Of a stretch of DNA of 64,000 nt, positions 57,615 to 64,000 are shown piece after piece; position 1 is the first letter of the stretch, and every line of letters begins with the position of its first letter. The notes beneath the pieces were generated by a model. That model had not been told where the DNA came from. It saw only the letters and a program-made list of their open reading frames with translations, and searched no databases. Position numbers and translations under genes: made by a program. Location: contig JBGSIA010000057.1 in NCBI GenBank assembly GCA_041751935.1, positions 1-64,000 on the forward strand, read 5' to 3'. This DNA comes from Pirellulaceae bacterium (GTDB lineage: Bacteria; Planctomycetota; Planctomycetia; Pirellulales; Pirellulaceae).

Positions 57615-58090
57615 GAAATCGATTCCCCCTAGTGAATCATCAATGGAGTTGACCGTCGGGCGGTGCGGACAGCCGTTTGTACACACAAACACCCTGTACC
57701 CGCCTTGTTAAATAACACTACCTACCTACCACCACCGAAATCGCACGCTGCCGCCCATGTTTTTAGCTTGTCGCTAGACACGTGCGAGTTTGAGCAATTC
57801 TTGAACCAGCCCTAGGATAACCGATTTTCACGTTTGTGGAAGTGTGAATTCAACCTTACGTTTCCTCAGGAAGTATCGCGTTGCACAGCCGATATTGGCT
57901 CGGGTGCAAATCGCGACGAATCAAAATCGGCAATGGTTCCCATCTGGTTTTTAACGCTGAATAGTGGGCGAACCCCACTCGTTATGGAACAACCTGAAAG
58001 TCATCGACCATCCTGCTCCACGAGCCCGACCCTTTGCTTTGAATAAGGACGCGGACAAATTCGGAGAAATTATTGTAGAGCAACCAAACG

Positions 58091-59716
58091 CTACTCCCCT
58101 CCGTTCCAGCGAACTACCGGGCTGTTCTGGTATCCCAAGCGACAAGCGAGTGCTTCTACCGGACCATCGGGGGATGCAAAGGACTTAACATACAAACTCC
58201 AGTTGTCATCGCCGCTGGCTGCCAACCGGTAGACAATCGAGGCGCCTGGTGTCTCGCAGCGGAGGGTGATTCGGTCGCCATCGACATCAAAGTGCGGCGG
58301 CTGAGCTTGTGGGGTTTGCCCGTCAGGCTGCATTTCTTCCATCAATATCGGTTCCGGAATCAACCCCGTGTCGCCGATTGACTCTTGCCACGATTGTGTC
58401 GCCTCGCGCATCCGCGCCAGCCGCTCTTGGTATTGCGGTAGATCCGCCAAGTTGACGAGTTCCCAGGGGTCTTTTTCGATGTCATACAATTCTTCAACCG
58501 GTTTCGTTTTTGCAAACCAATTTTTCTGTCCGCCGACAAGTCGATCCACGGCGGCCAGTCGCCGCCAATCTTTCATCGCAGGCATCTCGTCCATGTAATC
58601 AAGACGCTGGGCGTAAGGTTTCTCCGGCTCGTGGTTGCGAATGTACTTCCACCGCCTGTCGCGACAGGCTCGCTGTAAGTCGTAGACTTCGTCCATTCGA
58701 TCACGGTGAAAGAACAGATACGGCGGTTCGACGCTGGCATTTTTTCCAGGTCTATCGGCCGTGAACAATACGCGGCCGTGCATGTAGCTGGGCACCTCAA
58801 CGCCTGCGACCGCAAGGGTCGTTGCCGTTAGATCCAGGACACTGGTCAAGTCCGTTCGTTCCGTATCGCTTTCTAGTTTACTTGGCCAGCGGGCGATCAC
58901 TGGCACGCGTGTTCCGCTGTCGTACAGCCAGCGTTTGCCTCTTGGAAGTCCCATGCCGTGATCGCTCCAAAACACTACGAGAGTCGAATCGGTTAGTCCG
59001 TCTTCGTCGAGTTTCGCCATTATCTCGCCAGCGGTTTTGTCCATCAGAGTGATGTTGTCTTGGTACCAAGCCCAATTGGTTCTTGTCGCATCGGTGTTGG
59101 GTAGGTAATCGGGCAATGTGTCACTGACTTGATTTGGGTCGTGGGCGTTCGCTGCGCCGATTTGCTCTATCACACTATCGTGTTGTTTTCCGCTGTGCCG
59201 AACTTGGCTCTCGTGTGTCATCGTGAGATTGATCACGCTAAAGAACGGCTGCTGGGGATTGGTGCGCTCACGCCAATCCGAATGGTTCGCTCCTTGGCGA
59301 TCCCAAATGCTTGGCGTCGAATCAAACTGGTAGTCCGTTTTGACGCGATTGGTGCAAAAGTAACCCGCGGCGCGAAGGAGTTCCGGGAAGGCTTTTACCT
59401 CTGGCGGCGGAACGATCCTACTGCGCATGTGTTGCGACCCGATCGACGGCGGATACATTCCAGTGATCACGCCGCTTCGCACGACTGCGCACACACCAGC
59501 GGGCGTAAACGCGCGACTGAATCGAACTCCCTGTCGCGCGAGCTTATCCAAGTGCGGCGTGATCGCGTGCGGGTCACCATAACAGCCGAGGTTCGGAGAT
59601 ATGTCCTCGCAGCTAATCCACAAGATATTTGGCCGTTCGTCGGCGCTCAATTGAATGACGCTGGCGAGCGTAACGAGCAACAATAGCAATTGGCGAAAAA
59701 GCATGTTCAATTTCAT
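58091..59716 (-). CDS. Secreted sulfatase-fold protein with non-canonical C-A-V-V-R active-site motif
   Basis: A signal peptide, the 'ISPNLGCYGD' metal site and 'GVCAVVRSGVITGMYPP' where the CxPxR-xxxxTG FGly motif normally sits (codons tgc gca gtc gtg cga, checked on the minus strand). A sulfatase C-terminal domain follows. Confidence 0.75.
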   Translation of the reverse strand: MKLNMLFRQLLLLLVTLASVIQLSADERPNILWISCEDISPNLGCYGDPHAITPHLDKLARQGVRFSRAFTPAGVCAVVRSGVITGMYPPSIGSQHMRSRIVPPPEVKAFPELLRAAGYFCTNRVKTDYQFDSTPSIWDRQGANHSDWRERTNPQQPFFSVINLTMTHESQVRHSGKQHDSVIEQIGAANAHDPNQVSDTLPDYLPNTDATRTNWAWYQDNITLMDKTAGEIMAKLDEDGLTDSTLVVFWSDHGMGLPRGKRWLYDSGTRVPVIARWPSKLESDTERTDLTSVLDLTATTLAVAGVEVPSYMHGRVLFTADRPGKNASVEPPYLFFHRDRMDEVYDLQRACRDRRWKYIRNHEPEKPYAQRLDYMDEMPAMKDWRRLAAVDRLVGGQKNWFAKTKPVEELYDIEKDPWELVNLADLPQYQERLARMREATQSWQESIGDTGLIPEPILMEEMQPDGQTPQAQPPHFDVDGDRITLRCETPGASIVYRLAASGDDNWSLYVKSFASPDGPVEALACRLGYQNSPVVRWNGGE

Positions 59717-59755
59717 GTAAAATTCTGAGGGCAAACGAACTGCAAACGCGTCGTC

Positions 59756-60406
59756 TCACTCTGGGAGCAATTCTCGCAGCGCCTTGCGAGCGGCGCCACC
59801 TATGTGGTAATCGCCATTGCCTGAGGGTGGGTTCGCCGCAGCGATCCTCTGCAAGACCGGGATTGCCGACTTGGCATCCGATCCGAGCATTCCGATCAGC
59901 TCCGCGGCGCTTGTGGCCATTGCTCGCTGGTGCGTTTGGACTCGATCCAAGAGCAGCGGCAAACCAGACTCGACGTCACCGGCTCGGCAGGTAGCGAACG
60001 CGGCAGCCATTTGCACAGCCTCCGAAGAATCTGCCTTCATCAATCCCAACAAACGAGGCTTCGCCAGGGTAAGTGGCTCACCGCCAATTCGTCCCAAGTG
60101 CACCGCCGCTGTATATCGAACGGCTTTGTCCTCGTGATCCAGTGCCTGTGTCAATGATTCACCTGCCAGCTCGCCGAAAATGCCCAGCGTCATCACGCCC
60201 AGCAACCGTTCGGTGCGATTGTCGCTGGAAAGCAACTCTGCAGTCTCCTGCAGCGACATCCCGGCAACCGTCGTCATCGGATCATTGCCAATCGCCTGGC
60301 AAATTGAAATTTCAAGCACCAGGGCCGCGAAAAAAAGTTGAGAAAGCTTGATCATCGGGGTCGTCGGGACTTTGAGGAACATTTTGATTTGTCGACTACA
60401 CGTCAC
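59756..60406 (-). CDS. Secreted HEAT-repeat protein
   Basis: Repeated 'xxVRxxAAxxLGxIG' HEAT units and an N-terminal hydrophobic segment. Confidence 0.5.
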   Translation of the reverse strand: MTCSRQIKMFLKVPTTPMIKLSQLFFAALVLEISICQAIGNDPMTTVAGMSLQETAELLSSDNRTERLLGVMTLGIFGELAGESLTQALDHEDKAVRYTAAVHLGRIGGEPLTLAKPRLLGLMKADSSEAVQMAAAFATCRAGDVESGLPLLLDRVQTHQRAMATSAAELIGMLGSDAKSAIPVLQRIAAANPPSGNGDYHIGGAARKALRELLPE

Positions 60407-60517
60407 CGCCGACTGTACGCAATCGCCGACTATGCCCAGTCGCCGACTATCGCTCTAATGTAATCGATTCTCAATCGTTTCACCGCCACTGGCCGCCATA
60501 TTTCCGAGGATGGAAAG

Positions 60518-61069
60518 ATGTCCAATCGACCCGATAACCCGTTCCAACAAGCAGGTCCCGGTACGATGTACGGCGACCAAGCACCTAAACCTCGTGGTTC
60601 AAACACTTGGCTGTGGGTGCTGGGGATTATCGGAGGCATCATGGCGCTTGGGGGCCTAGTCTGTTGTGGTGGAGCTTTCTTTGCCTACAGGGCTGGGACT
60701 GGCGCGATCGCTGAAGTTTACAAATCACAACTCAATGGTAACCCCGTGATCGTTGAACATGTGGGGACGATCGAGGCGATGAGCTTGAGCCTAACGGAAA
60801 CTTCCAAGCAGGCAGAGACTTCTGGTGGCGCGATGGCATTCAATGTTACCGGTTCAAAGTCTTCGGCGGTGCTGTTGGTCAAACAAGCCCCCGGAGGTGA
60901 CGGTACCGGAATTCAAAGTGCGGAATTGCTGATGCCTGATGGCTCACGGCATCCTATACCGCTGGATCAAGCAGCGGAGTTCAACATCGACGATATCGAT
61001 GCCGGAACAAGTCAAGATATTGAGATTCAGCTCAATGAGTTCGCTAACGAACAACCAGCCGCAGAATGA
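60518..61069 (+). CDS. Hypothetical membrane-anchored protein (single N-terminal TM)
   Basis: 'WLWVLGIIGGIMALGGLVCCGGAFFAY' is a TM helix, followed by a ~120-aa extracytoplasmic domain. Confidence 0.4.
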   Translation: MSNRPDNPFQQAGPGTMYGDQAPKPRGSNTWLWVLGIIGGIMALGGLVCCGGAFFAYRAGTGAIAEVYKSQLNGNPVIVEHVGTIEAMSLSLTETSKQAETSGGAMAFNVTGSKSSAVLLVKQAPGGDGTGIQSAELLMPDGSRHPIPLDQAAEFNIDDIDAGTSQDIEIQLNEFANEQPAAE

Positions 61070-61272
61070 ACTTACAGCACTGTAGACCTTTCGAGAAAGA
61101 GTCAGCCCCTAAAAGCTCGAGTACACGCCGTTGGTGTTGAGGCTTTAGCCGATTTGTTCCCAGGCAAGACCGCCTAAAGGCTGGACACCAACGATTCGTT
61201 AAGGCAGTTTCGTATCCGACCAATTAGTACTTTTTTTCTAGAACCTTCTGAGAACCCAGCAACGACAGACGC

Positions 61273-61704
61273 ATGAAAGTAGCAACCTTCGAGACCAACC
61301 GTGGCACCATCCGAGTCGAACTTTTCGCCGACAAGACGCCCAAAACCGTCGCCAATTTTGAAAAGCTTTGTGAACAGAATTTTTATGATGGGTTACAGTT
61401 CCATCGCGTGATCGCAGACTTCATGATCCAAGGTGGTTGCCCGCAAGGTACCGGCACCGGCGGACCGGGTTACAAGTTCGAAGACGAATTCGATCCCGAC
61501 CTCACCCACGATGGTCCCGGCGTGTTGTCGATGGCGAACGCCGGCCCCAACACCAACGGCTCGCAATTCTTTATCACACACGTTGCTACGCCATGGTTGG
61601 ACGGCAAGCACACGGTGTTCGGTAAAGTGATCGAGGGGCAAGATATCGTCGATCAAATCGAAAAAGGCGACAAGATGACCACGGTTACTGTTACCGAAGA
61701 GTAA
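61273..61704 (+). CDS. ppiB: Cyclophilin-type peptidyl-prolyl cis-trans isomerase
   Basis: '[25 protein letters not shown]' and '[17 protein letters not shown]' are cyclophilin signatures. Confidence 0.9.
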   Translation: MKVATFETNRGTIRVELFADKTPKTVANFEKLCEQNFYDGLQFHRVIADFMIQGGCPQGTGTGGPGYKFEDEFDPDLTHDGPGVLSMANAGPNTNGSQFFITHVATPWLDGKHTVFGKVIEGQDIVDQIEKGDKMTTVTVTEE

Positions 61705-61746
61705 CACTTACCGATCGCTGTTTGGTTTCCGCTACCCGAGAGGCAT

Positions 61747-62871
61747 ATGATGCGAACGACGGTTTTGATTCTTGCTTTGATCATGACTGCTACAACCGCT
61801 TCCGCTGCTGAATCGATCCGAGTTTACATTGGTACTGGAGGTGAAGCGATTTACGCGTCGATGTTCGACACGACGACTGGTAAGCTTTCGCCGCCTCAAA
61901 GCGTTGCTGAAACGCGACGACCGTCATTCATTTGGGCGGTGCCAGCAACAAAATCGCTCTACAGCGTCTCGGAATTGCGACGAGACAAGAGCACCAAAGA
62001 TGCGTCCATTGTTGCTTGGAGCGTCGACGAAGCTACTGGCAAACTAAAATCGACAAGTCAGCAGGATGCGAAAGGTGATGGGCCATGTTTCGTCACTGTC
62101 AATGACGCTCATACCTACGCCGCAATCGCCAACTATGGAAGCGGCAGTGTCGCCGTTTATCCGGTCAATCAAGACGGAAGCGTCGCACCGGCATCGGGTC
62201 ATGTCCAGCACGTTGGATCGAGTACTGTTGCCAATCGGCAAAGCGAACCGCACGCTCACAGTATCTTGTTCGATCCCAGTGGCAAACGACTCGCCGCCGC
62301 TGACTTAGGTACTGACAAAATCTACCTGTACGATCTTGCCAGCGACGGTGCCCTGACTCCGTCCAATCCGCCAGCGATCGACCTCGATCCCGGCGCCGGT
62401 CCCCGCCATTTTGTGTTCTCGCCGGACAATCAGTTCCTGCTAGCCCTCGGTGAAATTTCTGGCACGATCACCACCTATCGTTACGCATCGCCAACTATCG
62501 AGAAGATCGCGGTGGTCAGTACGATGTCCGATGATGCGACTGCGGATACAGTGCGAGCCTCAGCGGAAATTTTGTTTCACCCCAACGGTAAGTTTGTTTA
62601 TTGCAGTAACCGTGGTCCCAATGAGATCGCCGCGTTTGCCTACGATACAAAACAAGGGACTCTCAAACGATTGTTCGCTGTATCCAGCGGTGGCGAACAT
62701 CCACGCAACTTTCGCTTCTCGCCAGATGGTCGGTTCCTGTTGGTCGCGAATCAAAACAGTAACAATATCGTTGTTTTTGCAGTTGATGAAACAAATGGTA
62801 AGCTCACGCCGACCGGCGAAGAATTGGAAGTCGACAAGCCGATGTGTTTAAAGTTTTGGACAACCGATTAG
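61747..62871 (+). CDS. Lactonase-family 7-bladed beta-propeller protein (6-phosphogluconolactonase/YkgB-like), secreted
   Basis: A signal peptide and repeated 'GxxPRxFxFSPDG' blades (PRHFVFSPDN, PRNFRFSPDG). Confidence 0.7.
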   Translation: MMRTTVLILALIMTATTASAAESIRVYIGTGGEAIYASMFDTTTGKLSPPQSVAETRRPSFIWAVPATKSLYSVSELRRDKSTKDASIVAWSVDEATGKLKSTSQQDAKGDGPCFVTVNDAHTYAAIANYGSGSVAVYPVNQDGSVAPASGHVQHVGSSTVANRQSEPHAHSILFDPSGKRLAAADLGTDKIYLYDLASDGALTPSNPPAIDLDPGAGPRHFVFSPDNQFLLALGEISGTITTYRYASPTIEKIAVVSTMSDDATADTVRASAEILFHPNGKFVYCSNRGPNEIAAFAYDTKQGTLKRLFAVSSGGEHPRNFRFSPDGRFLLVANQNSNNIVVFAVDETNGKLTPTGEELEVDKPMCLKFWTTD

Positions 62872-62922
62872 TGCCCGTGAGAACGGCCATCATTAAATCG
62901 GCAAGCCGTAAAGGGTCTTAGT

Positions 62923-64000
62923 GTGACGAATCCTGTTTGGTGGGTGATCAATAACGCTGATGAAATTGCTTCACCAACGCTTTTGGTTTACCCCGACCGG
63001 ATTGTCGAGAACTTGCGACGAATGATTGCCTTGGCTGGAGACGCAGGTCGATTGCGACCCCACGTCAAGACGCACAAGACACCTCAAATCATCGCGATAA
63101 AGCTTGCCGCCGGGATCAACAAGTTCAAAGCGTCAACGATTGCCGAAGCGGAGATGACTGCCGCCGCAGGCGGTAAAGACATTTTAATCGCTTACCAGCC
63201 GGTGGGACCCAACGTCGGCCGCACGTTCGCTTTGATTGAAAAGTTTCCTGACGTTCGATTCTCGACTTTGGTGGATAATCTTGCTTCACTCCAAGCCGTT
63301 TCCGCAGCCGCCGTTGCGCACAACTTGGTGGTCGAGTTGTTGGTTGATTTGAATGTGGGAATGAATCGGACCGGGATCCAAGTCGATGAAACGGCCGCCC
63401 AGCTTTACCGGAAACTGTGTGGCTCTCCGGGGATCGTTCCAGGCGGTCTACATGCATACGATGGCCATCTGCACGAGCCCGATCTAAATGTACTGAGTGA
63501 ACAAGCCCACGATACGTTCGAGCCTGTATGGAGGCTGCGGGAACAGCTTCAACGTCTAGGTTGCGCGGTTCCTAAAGTTGTCGCCGCTGGAACACCGACA
63601 ACGCGTTTCCTTGCTCAGCACGAAGGCGTGGAAGTCGGGGCGGGAACGCCTGTCTTGTGGGACTTTGGTCAGACCGAAATTTCGCCCGACTTGGAGTTTC
63701 AAAACGCTGCCGTGTTGCTGACGCGGGTCGTCAGCCACCCGGCGAAACATCGAATCTGTATCGATCTGGGTTACAAGGCTGTTGCCAGCGAGATGCCGCA
63801 ACCTCGCGTACGTTTTTTCGGGCTAGAGGATGCCGCAGTTGTCACTCACAGCGAAGAACATTTGGTGCTGGAGACGCAGCGCTCGGCGAGTTTTCCCGTT
63901 GGCACCGTGCTGTATGGAATTCCGCGCCATATTTGTCCCACGGTAGCTCTGCACAGCGACCTGTGGTGTGTTAGCAACGGACGAGCCGTTGAAAAATGGC
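62923..64000 (+). CDS. D-TA/DSD1-family PLP enzyme (D-threonine aldolase / D-serine dehydratase-like, alanine-racemase-like N-domain); 3' end off-window
   Basis: GTG at 62923. 'RLRPHVKTHKTPQI' holds the PLP-binding Lys motif of the family. The ORF runs open to the window end. Confidence 0.65.
   Translation, partial: MTNPVWWVINNADEIASPTLLVYPDRIVENLRRMIALAGDAGRLRPHVKTHKTPQIIAIKLAAGINKFKASTIAEAEMTAAAGGKDILIAYQPVGPNVGRTFALIEKFPDVRFSTLVDNLASLQAVSAAAVAHNLVVELLVDLNVGMNRTGIQVDETAAQLYRKLCGSPGIVPGGLHAYDGHLHEPDLNVLSEQAHDTFEPVWRLREQLQRLGCAVPKVVAAGTPTTRFLAQHEGVEVGAGTPVLWDFGQTEISPDLEFQNAAVLLTRVVSHPAKHRICIDLGYKAVASEMPQPRVRFFGLEDAAVVTHSEEHLVLETQRSASFPVGTVLYGIPRHICPTVALHSDLWCVSNGRAVEKW

Noticed and set aside
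63125-63801. Two minus-strand ORFs of 110 and 81 aa
   Set aside because: They are antisense to the D-TA-family PLP enzyme that runs off the window end.
1-64000. Searched for tRNA or rRNA genes, CRISPR repeats, and transposase or integrase genes
   Set aside because: There are no T-loop or anticodon-arm-like sequences in any intergenic spacer, no direct repeat arrays, and no ORF with DDE, tyrosine-recombinase or serine-recombinase motifs. The window looks like core chromosome with a cell-surface glycan island and no evident mobile element.

Overview
This 64 kb window is a gene-dense chromosomal segment, about 55% GC by eye, that looks like a Planctomycetota (Pirellulaceae-like) genome. The signature gene content is a sulfatase, FG-GAP/VCBS proteins, a cytochrome c fused to a beta-propeller ('PVC-type'), a DUF1570-like HExxH protein and a divergent xylA/xylR pair. 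I could support about 55 protein-coding genes. I found no rRNA, tRNA, CRISPR array, transposase or integrase. ORF starts given as 'M' in the track are often GTG or TTG when read from the DNA, so several starts are uncertain. Four regions stand out. (1) 507-7206 is a translationally coupled operon that fuses a YdjGHI-like envelope-stress module to a polyamine module. It contains a Band_7_1 SPFH protein with a DUF4339 tail, a tandem zinc-ribbon/DUF4178 protein, an unlisted 57-aa secreted Gly/Ser/Tyr-rich peptide, a DUF350 membrane protein, a small class-1A AdoMet decarboxylase (speH), a 7-TM-anchored spermidine-synthase-like aminopropyltransferase and an FAD amine oxidase. (2) 44.8-56.5 kb is an ABC-transporter-dependent glycan locus. 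It holds an enterobacterial-common-antigen-like wecE/wecD/wecF (dTDP-Fuc4NAc) module and a 3,4-ketoisomerase/aminotransferase/N,N-dimethyltransferase set that predicts a dTDP-3-dimethylamino-3,6-dideoxyhexose. (3) An ATP-grasp (pre-ATP-grasp, PGM1-like) and M20 deacylase pair sits next to a secreted Ntn (choloylglycine-type) hydrolase. (4) A periplasmic FAD oxidoreductase is coupled to a NosR-like membrane protein with two FMN-bind domains and a polyferredoxin-like region. Other points of interest are a sulfatase whose formylglycine motif is CAVVR rather than CxPxR, a compact SNF2 helicase coupled to an unknown 193-aa protein, an E1-like ThiF gene divergent from epmA, a eukaryote-like type II glutamine synthetase, and several intergenic stem-loops and terminators.
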